This document shows positions 48,305-57,570 of a stretch of DNA of 64,000 bases, one piece after another (within the stretch, counting starts at the first letter, position 1; every line of letters begins with the position of its first letter). Under the pieces are notes generated by a model. That model was not told where the DNA came from. It saw nothing but the letters and a program-made list of their open reading frames with translations, and searched no databases. The DNA is from Candidatus Woesearchaeota archaeon. GTDB taxonomy: Archaea; Nanobdellota; Nanobdellia; Woesearchaeales; GW2011-AR9. The translations under genes and the position numbers were made by a program. The stretch spans positions 241,907 through 305,906 of the forward strand of contig JABHQW010000003.1 of NCBI GenBank assembly GCA_018696595.1. Direction: 5' to 3'.

Positions 48305-49240
48305 TCATTCCAAAAATCTAACATTTTGGGAAACATTGAATTGGTTAAATCTTTCTAATTCTCTTTCTAACTCCCTTACTTTAACATCTTGCTCTTGATC
48401 ATGCTCTTCATCTTGCCATCCAATAAAGATCTTACTATTACTTGCTTTTTCTTCCAAAATCATCTTCATTCTTCCAAGTGCTTCTTTAGCATCACGCAAA
48501 TTTGCCCTGGGATGATCTGGAAACATTTTGCCGCTTCTTTCAGATTGATAATAGGGGTGGAAATTAAAATCTACAGGAACACCATATTGTTCACTCAATT
48601 CTAAACCATATTTCATAGTTTCAACTACTTCTTGAATGGCTTCTTCACCAGTTAATTCAGGAGGTTGAAAAACAATGTTAACATCAATTCCTACTTCCCC
48701 ATTATATTCACCTACATTACTAAATAATCTTTCTATCCCTCCCTTAGTCATTCTCTTATTCAATTTTCCAATCCTTATTTCATCATTCTGAGATTCAATC
48801 CCCAAGATTATTCTTGCCTGTTGATCTTCTCTTAAAGATTTAACAACATAGTCAAGACTATCTTTAGTCACATACATTTCTCTTGAATCAAGAGATACTA
48901 CCTTACACTTATCCAAAGATGAAATATAACCTAATATTGTTCCCAAAGTCCTACGAGACATTTCTCTTTGATCTAGTACACTGCCGGAATTATACACCAA
49001 AAGATGTTCCGCATCTTGAAGATCATCTTTGAAATAATCCTTTAACCATTCTAATCTTTCAAGATTCATGTCAGGAGTAAAAAGTCCTTCCCCTTCACCA
49101 ATATCACAATGATGACAATCCCCCCTAAGATAAAAAGGGCAGGAACCATTTTCATTACCAATGGCCAAAGCAACACGTTTTCCATCTGGCCCATAAGCAA
49201 CCCCAAGTTGGATATCGGCATTATTTATTTTCGGTCTCAT
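48305..49240 (-). CDS. Putative radical SAM-like TIM-barrel enzyme with non-canonical CX7CX2C motif
   Basis: GSCPFYLRGDCHHCDIG near N-terminus, followed by YNSGS and ILGIESQND elements reminiscent of the radical SAM core. Confidence 0.35.
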   Translation of the reverse strand: MRPKINNADIQLGVAYGPDGKRVALAIGNENGSCPFYLRGDCHHCDIGEGEGLFTPDMNLERLEWLKDYFKDDLQDAEHLLVYNSGSVLDQREMSRRTLGTILGYISSLDKCKVVSLDSREMYVTKDSLDYVVKSLREDQQARIILGIESQNDEIRIGKLNKRMTKGGIERLFSNVGEYNGEVGIDVNIVFQPPELTGEEAIQEVVETMKYGLELSEQYGVPVDFNFHPYYQSERSGKMFPDHPRANLRDAKEALGRMKMILEEKASNSKIFIGWQDEEHDQEQDVKVRELERELERFNQFNVSQNVRFLE

Positions 49241-49983
49241 CTTAAATCATACACGACAAGAAAACCATAGTTCCTGCTCTGTGTATCCTCCATTACCTCT
49301 GGTATGACACTAACAACCTTGCCACCGTTTCTCACATGAAATCTTGCTCCAAGATCTCTTGGTAATTCAGTACCTTGCTTCTTTTCTCTAAGATATGCTT
49401 CAACCTCATCAATTGTCGGATTTTCATATTCCTTGCTTAAACAAGGGATCCGAGCATATCCAATTGCAAATTTTTTCCCTCCATCCCTTGAAACATTTAA
49501 CGCATTTTCAACTAGATAATCAACTAAATGAAACCCTCTCTTCTCGGGGATTATTGTAACTCCAATCAAAAAAGTACAATCACTTGTGGGATCATGAGTA
49601 TTAACTCCGGAGCCCTTGATAAATCCACCATTAGTCGCTTCATACCAATTTCTGGGCAAGTTATATTCTTGTACTATTTCATTCCAAGGTAGAAAGCCAC
49701 TATGACCATATCTTCCCATAATTTGAGCAATTGTCTCCGAATTAATCCAAGAAGGGTTCTGGTAACTAATGATTCCCGAAGGGATCCCATCATGTTCAAG
49801 TAAGTCAATTGTTCCTAATTTTATCCTGTTCTTCAAAGCGTCTTGGTTAGCAACCATGCCTTCCTCCTTACTATTCCAACCACTATGTTCAATCCCACAA
49901 ATCACCCCCAGGTCTTCAATTCTAGGCCTAACAATATTAGTGCGACTGATCCTTTTTTTGTCTTTAGTTTTTATCATTACCAT
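49237..49983 (-). CDS. Hypothetical protein (possibly acyl-CoA N-acyltransferase-like)
   Basis: 248 aa, translationally coupled (ATGA overlap) with the downstream radical SAM-like gene. Confidence 0.35.
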   Translation of the reverse strand: MVMIKTKDKKRISRTNIVRPRIEDLGVICGIEHSGWNSKEEGMVANQDALKNRIKLGTIDLLEHDGIPSGIISYQNPSWINSETIAQIMGRYGHSGFLPWNEIVQEYNLPRNWYEATNGGFIKGSGVNTHDPTSDCTFLIGVTIIPEKRGFHLVDYLVENALNVSRDGGKKFAIGYARIPCLSKEYENPTIDEVEAYLREKKQGTELPRDLGARFHVRNGGKVVSVIPEVMEDTQSRNYGFLVVYDLR

Positions 49984-50072
49984 GTATTAGTGGTAACACC
50001 AAGACTACTTAAACTTATGTTGTAAGATTCCTTACGAAAATAAAATTGATACTAAAGAAGACACTTTCCTAC

Positions 50073-50086
50073 CACAACATTTATAA
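50073..50086 (+). promoter_or_regulatory. Archaeal TATA box (ATTTATAAATAAAT) ~25-30 nt upstream of small ORF start
   Basis: Matches the recurrent (A/T)TTTATAAA(T/A) motif found ~25-35 nt upstream of many start codons here (e.g. 22992-23003 before 23026; 6158-6170; 17243-17253), implying mostly leaderless transcripts. Confidence 0.4.
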
Positions 50087-50110
50087 ATAAATTAACAATA
50101 GTTAATAACC

Positions 50111-50278
50111 ATGGTAAGTTACGGCTCAAACTCAGGATATGGAACAAGTTCAGGCCATCAAGTAGTAGGCTATGGCTCATCTGGAACGGGTTATTCGGTA
50201 ACAACTTCATCCTGGCAGAAGACAACTTGCTGTGGAGCTAGGAAGTTCAATCAAATTTGTACAGATTGCCCAGGTTAA
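50111..50278 (+). CDS. Small Gly/Ser/Tyr-rich peptide with Cys-rich C-terminus (55 aa)
   Basis: MVSYGSNSGYGTSSGHQVVGYGSSGTGYSVTTSSWQKTTCCGARKFNQICTDCPG. Own TATA box upstream. Below track length cutoff. Confidence 0.3.
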   Translation: MVSYGSNSGYGTSSGHQVVGYGSSGTGYSVTTSSWQKTTCCGARKFNQICTDCPG

Positions 50279-50302
50279 AATAATAAAAAGAGGTAAAATA
50301 AA

Positions 50303-50674
50303 ATGTTAAAAAAACTAATATTCCCACAAGAAATTGAAGTCTGGTATATTCTGCCAGCAATTAGAAAGAAAATATCACTAAAACTAACAGAAAATCTTGC
50401 TCAAAAAGATGTTGCAGAAATCATGGGCGTTACTCCTGCCGCAATTTCGCAATACAAAAAACAAAAGCGAGCCAAAGAAGAGATTTTTGATAAAGAAATG
50501 GAAAAAGAATTAGAAGTCTCTGTTAAAAATATCCTCAAAGATAACAATAATTTGGGTGATGAAATTATTCGATTAAACAATCTAATGAAAAAGAAAGGCA
50601 TTGTTTGTAAAATTTACAAAAATATTTGTGCTTTGAAAAAAAGTAAAGCCTGTTGCTATTGTAATAAAAAATGA
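50303..50674 (+). CDS. HTH transcriptional regulator with Cys-rich C-terminal tail (candidate Fe-S-sensing regulator of isc operon)
   Basis: HTH DVAEIMGVTPAAISQYKK. C-terminus CKIYKNICALKKSKACCYCNKK (five Cys). Stop overlaps iscS start (ATGA). Confidence 0.45.
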   Translation: MLKKLIFPQEIEVWYILPAIRKKISLKLTENLAQKDVAEIMGVTPAAISQYKKQKRAKEEIFDKEMEKELEVSVKNILKDNNNLGDEIIRLNNLMKKKGIVCKIYKNICALKKSKACCYCNKK

Positions 50675-51804
50675 AAACAATCTATTTAGATCATGCAGCC
50701 ACCACTCCGTTAGATCCAAGAGTGAAAAAGGAAATGGATTCTATTAAAACTTATGCTAATCCTAGCGCTTTACATCAAATGGGATTAGAAGCAAAAGAGA
50801 TTCTTAACAATGCAAGAAATAAAGTTGCTAAGATTCTAAATGCAGAACCAGAAGAAATTATTTTCACTTCTGGCGGAACTGAATCAATTAATCTAGCAAT
50901 TAAAGGAATAGGAAAAGGGCACATTATTACCAGTAAGGTTGAACATCCCGCTGTTTTAGAAACATGTAAATTCTTAGAAAGAAATGGATGCAATGTCTCT
51001 TACTTAGATGTTGACAAAGATGGTTTAATTTCTTTAAAAGATTTAGAAAAAGCAATAAAGAAAGAAACAATCTTGATTACAATCATGTACGCCAATAATG
51101 AGATTGGCACAATTCAACCAGTAAAAGAGATTTCTAAGATTGCCAAGAAACATAAGGTTCCATTCCATACCGATGCCTGTCAAGCAGGTTTCTTAAATTT
51201 AAACATTAATGCAGACCTAATTACTTTAAACGGCTCAAAGATTTACGGCCCGAAAGGAATCGGAATTCTTTACAAAAGGAAAAATATCAAATTAGAACCT
51301 TTAATGCATGGTGGGGGACAAGAATTTAATCTTAGAAGTGGCACGGAAAATCTGACTAACATTGTTGGCTTCGCCAAAGCGTTAGAATTAGCACAAAAAG
51401 AAGACAATAATAAAATAACAAAACTAAGAGATTATTTTATTCAAAAAGTTCAGAAAGAAATACCAAGAACTTTTATTAACGGACATAAAACAAAGAGACT
51501 ACAAAACAATGCCAACATTTCTTTTTTAGATGTAGAAGGGGAATCAATTTTATTATACTTAGATCACAAAGGCATTTTAGTTTCAACAGGATCTGCTTGT
51601 TCTTCAAAAAAGTTAGAAATTAGCCATGTCTTAGATGCAATTGGCATAAAACACGATGCTGCTCATGGTTCAATCAGATTCTCATTAGGTAAATCTACAA
51701 CAAAAATAGAATTAGATTATGTTGTTAAAGAATTAAAAGGAATAATCCATTCATTAAGAATGCTTTCACCAATACATTTAAACAAAGGAGATATAAGAAA
51801 ATGA
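50671..51804 (+). CDS. iscS: Cysteine desulfurase (IscS/NifS family)
   Basis: PLP-lysine region ...TLNGSKIYGPKGIG, HKVPFHTDACQAG, C-terminal active Cys loop SACSS. Confidence 0.85.
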   Translation: MKTIYLDHAATTPLDPRVKKEMDSIKTYANPSALHQMGLEAKEILNNARNKVAKILNAEPEEIIFTSGGTESINLAIKGIGKGHIITSKVEHPAVLETCKFLERNGCNVSYLDVDKDGLISLKDLEKAIKKETILITIMYANNEIGTIQPVKEISKIAKKHKVPFHTDACQAGFLNLNINADLITLNGSKIYGPKGIGILYKRKNIKLEPLMHGGGQEFNLRSGTENLTNIVGFAKALELAQKEDNNKITKLRDYFIQKVQKEIPRTFINGHKTKRLQNNANISFLDVEGESILLYLDHKGILVSTGSACSSKKLEISHVLDAIGIKHDAAHGSIRFSLGKSTTKIELDYVVKELKGIIHSLRMLSPIHLNKGDIRK

Positions 51805-52226
51805 AAGTTGTCGGATATAAACAAGATAAAGCTTGGCTTTATTCAAGCAAAGTAAAAGAACATTTCTTTAATCCAAAGAATATTTTCAAGAGTGATCAGG
51901 AATTAGAAGATTACAAAAAAAATGCTGATGGCGTTGGTCAAGTTGGTTCTCCAGCCTGTGGCGACGTTATGGAAATGTTTATCAAAGTTAAAAATAATAA
52001 AATCAAAGAATGTCGGTGGCGAACTTTTGGTTGCGCATCTGCAATTGCTTCAACATCAATGTTATCTGAAATGGTGGTTGGTAAAACTTTAGCTGAAGCA
52101 AAGAAGATAACTCCAAAAGATATTGTTAAAGCTCTTGGCGGGTTGCCAGCCAGAAAAATACATTGTTCTATTTTAGGAGACCAAGCGTTAAGAAAAGCAA
52201 TTGAAAATTACGAGGGCAAGAAATGA
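51801..52226 (+). CDS. iscU: Fe-S cluster scaffold IscU/NifU-like
   Basis: Three conserved Cys: GSPACGDVM, FGCASAIAS, HCSILG. 141 aa, coupled to iscS. Confidence 0.8.
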   Translation: MKVVGYKQDKAWLYSSKVKEHFFNPKNIFKSDQELEDYKKNADGVGQVGSPACGDVMEMFIKVKNNKIKECRWRTFGCASAIASTSMLSEMVVGKTLAEAKKITPKDIVKALGGLPARKIHCSILGDQALRKAIENYEGKK

Positions 52227-52516
52227 ATATTAAAGAGAAAATAGATTATTCTGAGAATGGGGTTTTAAGTAAAGTTATTTCTAAAACAGAGAAAAATAAT
52301 CTAACTTTATTCTGTATGGCTAAAGGAACGGACATTGGAACGCACACTTCTACTAAAGAAGGTTTTGTTTATGTAATTGAAGGATTGGGGGTGTTTATTT
52401 TAGAAGGTGAAGAAATTATTATGAAAGAAGGAGTAATAATCTTCATGAATGCTAATGCTAAACATTCTTTGAAAGCAGAAGAGAATACTAGTTTCTTGTT
52501 AAGTTTAAGTAATTAA
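52223..52516 (+). CDS. Cupin-domain protein
   Basis: G(x)5HxH-less small cupin pattern: GTHTSTKEGFVYVIEG...ANAKHSL. Coupled to iscU. Confidence 0.5.
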   Translation: MNIKEKIDYSENGVLSKVISKTEKNNLTLFCMAKGTDIGTHTSTKEGFVYVIEGLGVFILEGEEIIMKEGVIIFMNANAKHSLKAEENTSFLLSLSN

Positions 52517-52630
52517 AAGAAAAGATTATAAATCAAATCATTTTCAATAAATTAAATTGAGAGCAGTGATTACGCTTGGATGGTCCCAGATGAGCTTTGT
52601 GGAGTTACGCCCACCTCAATTGTTTTTTAT

Positions 52631-53698
52631 TTAAAAATCAGTCAACTTTTTATCAGAAGAATAATTGATAATTGTCGTATTACCTTCTTTACCAAAAACT
52701 CTTTCTGTAGAAATAAATTTCCCTTCATCTAATTTAACAATTCGACGATGGAAACTTTTATAACTCATTTCACCACCCTTTTTAGTATAAGCATTATATA
52801 AATCACCGATTTTTTGTCCAGAGTTCTCTCGAATTAAATCCAAAATAAGTAACAAATTTGGATCCAAATCTTCTGTTGGTTTAATATGAAAATCATCAAC
52901 TTTCTTAATCGCTTCCGCCACATGAGATAAACTAATCTTTTTGGATGATCTTTCTTCAGCCAAATTACCAGCTTCTTTCATCAAATACAAACCAACACGA
53001 ACATCTTTTGCATTAGTACATTTCTCAACCATTTCCTTAAATGCTTCTTCATCCCAACAATTTTGTACAAAAGCATATTCTCTTCTTTGTTTTAAAATTC
53101 CTGCAATCTCTGTTTCATTATAAGCTCTAAAATTCAAAAATTCAGGATTGAGTCTACTCCTAATCCGTTCATCCATTTCTGAATAAGTATCTCGGTAATT
53201 TGTTAACAAAATAATTGTTTTACGATAAATATCTTCTAAAACAGTATAAAGAAAATCAGTATCTTCTAATTTATCAATCTCATCAAAAATAAAAACCACA
53301 GATTTTTTGTTAAGTTTATCTTTAATCATAGAAAAAAGTTCAGATGTTTTTTTGTTTTGTAAGAATTTGTAACCTAACAATTCACAAACTTTAGAAAAAA
53401 TTTTGAAGGTAGTATTTTCTTTCCAACAGTTAACATAAATTGGAACAACCTCTTCAGTTTCATCTTCCAATTCTCTTAACACGTGTTTACAAGCAGTAGT
53501 CTTTCCAACACCCGGAACACCATAAACAAATAAATTCCTACCATTATGGCCCTGAAGTAAAGGCCGAACAGCAACCGCAAATCTTTGTTGTTCAGTCTCT
53601 CTAAATTTTAGGATCTTTGGTTGAAAATCATAATCTAATACGACCGTATCTCGAAACAAAGTTTCACCACTTTTCAACATATCTTTAAACATAGACAT
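52631..53698 (-). CDS. cdc6: Orc1/Cdc6 replication initiator
   Basis: Walker A YGVPGVGKTT, Walker B FIFDEID, sensor motifs, C-terminal winged helix. Confidence 0.85.
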   Translation of the reverse strand: MSMFKDMLKSGETLFRDTVVLDYDFQPKILKFRETEQQRFAVAVRPLLQGHNGRNLFVYGVPGVGKTTACKHVLRELEDETEEVVPIYVNCWKENTTFKIFSKVCELLGYKFLQNKKTSELFSMIKDKLNKKSVVFIFDEIDKLEDTDFLYTVLEDIYRKTIILLTNYRDTYSEMDERIRSRLNPEFLNFRAYNETEIAGILKQRREYAFVQNCWDEEAFKEMVEKCTNAKDVRVGLYLMKEAGNLAEERSSKKISLSHVAEAIKKVDDFHIKPTEDLDPNLLLILDLIRENSGQKIGDLYNAYTKKGGEMSYKSFHRRIVKLDEGKFISTERVFGKEGNTTIINYSSDKKLTDF

Positions 53699-53743
53699 AA
53701 ATAAGAAAAATAAGAAGTTCTTTATATTAATTGTGTAAATAGA

Positions 53744-54454
53744 CTATCCTTTTACAATCGTTCCTTTGAACCCTTCTAAATCATCAGAGAGTATTTTTCC
53801 CAACTCAGATTCCTGACAAATATAAAGAATGATAAATTTATTTTCCAAACCTAACTTTGCCGCTAAAGGATCTAAAGGAGTATTCAATCTTGGTACCCAT
53901 TTAGTGCCAACTAAATTCACCATCTTTTGCCAAGTTGCTTCCGGAAGATCTTCCGCTTCATCTAATCTCTGATGTTTCTCTCCTTTAGACAAATCTTTAA
54001 TTTCTAACGGAGACAAATCTTTAACAACTTCAAAATCAGAAATTTTAATAACTTTTTCAGCACCATAAGTTACAGCAAGAGTCATGGTTACGTAATCCGT
54101 ACTATTCCCTGGTTTCCATCCACCAGCAAAATAAATTCTGTAACCAGAAACTTCTTTTGTTGGATCTTTGATAACTTCTGGACAAACTTTTTCTACCCCA
54201 GAATCTTGAAATCTTTTGATAACATATTCGGCGTTTTCCCAAGTTGCTTCTATCCCTAACCAATCTTTTCGTTCATCATCAGCATCAGGTTCATCTGCTT
54301 GCTTTTTCCCAGCTAAAGCACCGCCACCAATAATAATCATAAACTCTTGCTCAGAATATTTTTGTACTAGTTCAATTAAACTATCAATGAAAGAATCGTC
54401 CCGCGTTTCAGGCGTTGGACTTACTTTTGACCCGCCGTATTTGATTATGTTCAT
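53744..54454 (-). CDS. pyrH: Amino-acid-kinase-family protein, probably uridylate kinase (archaeal PyrH type)
   Basis: IIGGGALAGKK and GGWKPGNSTD parallel archaeal PyrH VVGGGKLARKY / HPGHTTD. 236 aa. Confidence 0.5.
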   Translation of the reverse strand: MNIIKYGGSKVSPTPETRDDSFIDSLIELVQKYSEQEFMIIIGGGALAGKKQADEPDADDERKDWLGIEATWENAEYVIKRFQDSGVEKVCPEVIKDPTKEVSGYRIYFAGGWKPGNSTDYVTMTLAVTYGAEKVIKISDFEVVKDLSPLEIKDLSKGEKHQRLDEAEDLPEATWQKMVNLVGTKWVPRLNTPLDPLAAKLGLENKFIILYICQESELGKILSDDLEGFKGTIVKG

Positions 54455-54569
54455 TTTTTACCCCAGGTGAAAAATGAACGACCAAAATTATTTTTAATTT
54501 TGTGTATGTTCATTTTGTTGATTAAGAGAAAAGAAGACATTTATTAATGTTATGTAAAAAAAGAAAAAA

Positions 54570-54977
54570 TTAATGAAACTTCTTTTCTAAAGAATAGCCT
54601 TTCTCTTCCAATAAAAAAGCAACCTGATCAGCAACATTAGCATCTTTTACAGCAATGCCACATATTTTTGGAAATAAGTCCTCAGAACTGTGTTCTCCTA
54701 ATTTAACACTTCCATCTTCTTCAACAATTGAAATTACTCTTCGTAAAATATTATACAATTCAGTTTTCACATCAAAACATGCAGGAACTAATTCTCCCGT
54801 ACTTTCTCTTTTACGATAAGGCATTGCTTTTCCTTCAACAGCACGAGCTACTTCCACACAATCAGATCCAAAGATTGCATAAGGTAAATCTCCTTTTTCT
54901 ATTTCAAACAAAAACCCTTCACATTCCATAAAAGGATTTGTTTGATAATGTACATTTATTTTCTTTTCTAATTCCAT
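54570..54977 (-). CDS. Hypothetical protein (operon member 7 of 7)
   Basis: 135 aa. Preceded by GGAGGATAAATAAAATG. Confidence 0.4.
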   Translation of the reverse strand: MELEKKINVHYQTNPFMECEGFLFEIEKGDLPYAIFGSDCVEVARAVEGKAMPYRKRESTGELVPACFDVKTELYNILRRVISIVEEDGSVKLGEHSSEDLFPKICGIAVKDANVADQVAFLLEEKGYSLEKKFH

Positions 54978-54998
54978 TTTATTTATCCTCCGTTCTTT

Positions 54999-55439
54999 TT
55001 ATTCCAACTTAATTGTATAAGTAGGCCCTTTCTTTCCATCTTTATTTGCCCAAGCAACTTCTACTTTATCATCTGCTAAAGCCTCTAAACTAACATAATC
55101 ATGGTACAACATATCGCGCTTATCAAAACGTGAATCGTATTGATCCCTAGTTCTGATTTCATTAGTGGATATTTTTTTAATATCTCCTTCTGGACCAAAA
55201 TGATATAATGCTACCCACTCATTTGTTCCAACTCCTCCTTTAAATTCGTTCCAGTAACGTGATTCCCATTTAGCTGCTACTACATTATGTTCACCAACCC
55301 TTAAATGTTCCACATCGGTAGGATGTTCTCGGTATTGCTTTCCTCCTCTTTCCGAAACACGTTTCAGAATTTTTTCAACCCCAGGCAAAAATTCTTCTGC
55401 TTCAATAATTTTCTCTTCTAATCTTTTTTCAGTTTTCAT
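54999..55439 (-). CDS. Hypothetical protein (operon member 6)
   Basis: 146 aa. Preceded by GGAGAGATAAAATG. Start overlaps previous gene. Confidence 0.4.
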   Translation of the reverse strand: MKTEKRLEEKIIEAEEFLPGVEKILKRVSERGGKQYREHPTDVEHLRVGEHNVVAAKWESRYWNEFKGGVGTNEWVALYHFGPEGDIKKISTNEIRTRDQYDSRFDKRDMLYHDYVSLEALADDKVEVAWANKDGKKGPTYTIKLE

Positions 55440-56017
55440 TTTATCTCTCCAAATTCTTCTTCCAAAAACGATTTCATTGTTTTATCAATAAGCTCCTGTT
55501 CAAACCCAATCAAATGCTGATACAAGCCTGCAGCATGACTCAGATCAGAACAAGGACCACCACCACCCAAATCAACCCCATAACGTTTGTTAAGATTTAC
55601 AACCATTGTTGGAACTTTACCAGAATCCAATAATTCTTGTTCTAAAGGAGCATATCCTGCAAGAGCTTTTTCTACAGTAGTAAAAGCCGCTACTTCTTCA
55701 AAATCTGCAATTGGAAAACCAGGACCACCATACCCAAAATCAATCTCTGAAGTTCTTGCATAAACTAAAACTTCAACATCAGTGTCTGCAAACCTTTCTT
55801 CAAAATGATTAGGATTAAGATCTAATAAACACATTCCCAATTGTTGCCTTTCTTTTTCTTCATCAATAAGAACATCAAACAACAATCGAGAAGGATCACT
55901 AAGTGAATATATTGGTTTACTTTGTAAACTGGTATATTCCGGAACCCTTTCTAGACTTTGTTCTAAACCATTCTCGGGATCTAATCCTCTACTAATTTTC
56001 AATTCTAATCTTTTCAT
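55436..56017 (-). CDS. Hypothetical protein (operon member 5)
   Basis: 193 aa, Gly-rich GYGGPGFP / DLGGGGPC. Preceded by GGAGATGAAATAAAATG. Confidence 0.4.
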   Translation of the reverse strand: MKRLELKISRGLDPENGLEQSLERVPEYTSLQSKPIYSLSDPSRLLFDVLIDEEKERQQLGMCLLDLNPNHFEERFADTDVEVLVYARTSEIDFGYGGPGFPIADFEEVAAFTTVEKALAGYAPLEQELLDSGKVPTMVVNLNKRYGVDLGGGGPCSDLSHAAGLYQHLIGFEQELIDKTMKSFLEEEFGEIK

Positions 56018-56039
56018 TTTATTTCATCTCCATTAATTT

Positions 56040-56393
56040 CTAAATCATTCTGTCTGATAACATCCCTAAACCATAACCCACCGTGTGAGCCATTAATGGA
56101 ATAATAGGATTCAAAAACGATGCTAGCGTTAGTGTTAAAGCAAAATCTGTATCAGAATATGCTCCAACACTCATTACCAAACCCGCAGGAACTATACCTG
56201 CAATAAGGCCAACTTCTACATTTTCTTCTAAAGGAATTCCAGATCCTTGACCCATAAAACCTTGACCAGTTGCCCCTTCATAAACACCCATCCCTAACGC
56301 GTAAAGAGTAACCCCTCCAAAATACGCAAGTCCGCCACCGAAACAAGTACCTTTCAATATGTCTTCGAGTTTTCCCATTTTATTTCTCTCCAT
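56040..56393 (-). CDS. Gly-rich small membrane protein (operon member 4)
   Basis: 117 aa. Alternative start 15 nt downstream (56378) because the initiation cassette is duplicated (ATGGAGAGAAATAAAATG). Confidence 0.4.
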   Translation of the reverse strand: MERNKMGKLEDILKGTCFGGGLAYFGGVTLYALGMGVYEGATGQGFMGQGSGIPLEENVEVGLIAGIVPAGLVMSVGAYSDTDFALTLTLASFLNPIIPLMAHTVGYGLGMLSDRMI

Positions 56394-56416
56394 TTTATTT
56401 TTTCAATTTGATTACT

Positions 56417-56902
56417 TTAACAAACATATTTAGCATATCTTGTTCTTGCTTGTTGAATTTCTTCCACATTTGGAATTTCTCGAATTATTTTTTCATACAC
56501 TTCCTGCCAAGATTTAGGATCACTTTTTGGAGCTCTTGTTTTTTCTCTAATCTCGGTAGGATCAACAATTCCTTCCCAAAAATAATTTACAAAAGCAACC
56601 TCTCCTAAATTATTGTGATTATCTATACCTGCGGTTATTACTAACCAAGGTATGTATCTTCTTTCTGCTTCTTTTGCCAACTCAAAGCCTAATATTTCTG
56701 GCTGATACCCTTCAGCTTTTGGCAATTCTAAATCAAACATTCCGATGGCATATGGGCCTTGCCGAAGTTTTTGTAATCCCTCTTCATAATTTACAGCAAA
56801 ATCTACATGGACCCCATCAATAGATTCAAAATAAACTTGTGCAGCTTTCCTATTTTCTTCTCTATCGTCCACAACTAAAATTTCTAATTTATTTCCAGCC
56901 AT
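56417..56902 (-). CDS. Response-regulator receiver (REC) domain protein (operon member 3)
   Basis: LVVDD acidic pocket, phospho-acceptor-like D in IGMFDLELP, conserved T/K positions. No output domain. Confidence 0.55.
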   Translation of the reverse strand: MAGNKLEILVVDDREENRKAAQVYFESIDGVHVDFAVNYEEGLQKLRQGPYAIGMFDLELPKAEGYQPEILGFELAKEAERRYIPWLVITAGIDNHNNLGEVAFVNYFWEGIVDPTEIREKTRAPKSDPKSWQEVYEKIIREIPNVEEIQQARTRYAKYVC

Positions 56903-56904
56903 TT

Positions 56905-57231
56905 CTATTCACATTTCATTTTCATATATTCTGGAGTTACCTCTAGAACTTTGATCGAATCCCCTATAGTTTCAGCACTAACAGGAAAATACAAATTAGA
57001 TTCTTTCCTACTGTTAGAAGGAATTATTGCAAAAGTTTCTTCATTAGGCATACCCGCATATCTAAAACCTTGATCAACAAAATTATGAGAACCATTATTA
57101 CAAGTAACTTTTTCTCCAACTGTCAAAACATGTTCTTGTTTCCTAAACTCTTCCACGCTTTTTTCGTTTCCACAACCACTAGTCCCTAAAAGACCAGCCA
57201 ATAGTGCTAACGTCACTGCTGTTTTTTTCAT
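56905..57231 (-). CDS. Small lipoprotein (operon member 2)
   Basis: Signal MKKTAVTLALLAGLLGTSGCG with bacterial-style lipobox L-x-G-C. Confidence 0.45.
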   Translation of the reverse strand: MKKTAVTLALLAGLLGTSGCGNEKSVEEFRKQEHVLTVGEKVTCNNGSHNFVDQGFRYAGMPNEETFAIIPSNSRKESNLYFPVSAETIGDSIKVLEVTPEYMKMKCE

Positions 57232-57259
57232 TTTATTTCCTCCATTTTATTTTTTAAGT

Positions 57260-57448
57260 TTAAATTTTGTAAACACTATCAACTTCTTCCCCTGTTTCAA
57301 ATACTTTGTAACCAACCTTTGGCTCTTTACATTCAACAGTCGGACAATACAATTTACCTAAACCCTCCAACATTTCTTCGATCAAAATCATTTCAACCTC
57401 TTCAGGTTTGATTACAATCACTTCCAACGGATCATACATTCCTATCAT
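57260..57448 (-). CDS. Small acidic protein (operon member 1)
   Basis: 62 aa. Preceded by GGGGTGAAATAAAATG. Confidence 0.3.
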   Translation of the reverse strand: MIGMYDPLEVIVIKPEEVEMILIEEMLEGLGKLYCPTVECKEPKVGYKVFETGEEVDSVYKI

Positions 57449-57570
57449 TTTATTTCACCCCATTTCATTTACTAATATATAACAACTAATCAATACTAAA
57501 ACGTTTGCAAGAAATAATCAATCAAAATAAGAATAATGGCCAAAATACCTTAATAAGAACAAGAACCAGA

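Noticed and set aside
52558-52620. C/D-box sRNA in the GC-rich island downstream of cdc6
   Set aside because: Only imperfect C-like (GTGATTA) and C'-like (AGATGAG) boxes and no CUGA D boxes. Insufficient.
54970-57470. The repeated CATTTTATTTC...CCATTTTATTTT blocks between the seven small genes as a mobile repeat or CRISPR-like array
   Set aside because: Each block is simply the reverse complement of an SD-spacer-ATG initiation cassette directly abutting a start codon. Spacing is set by gene lengths, not periodic. Reported as an operon feature instead.
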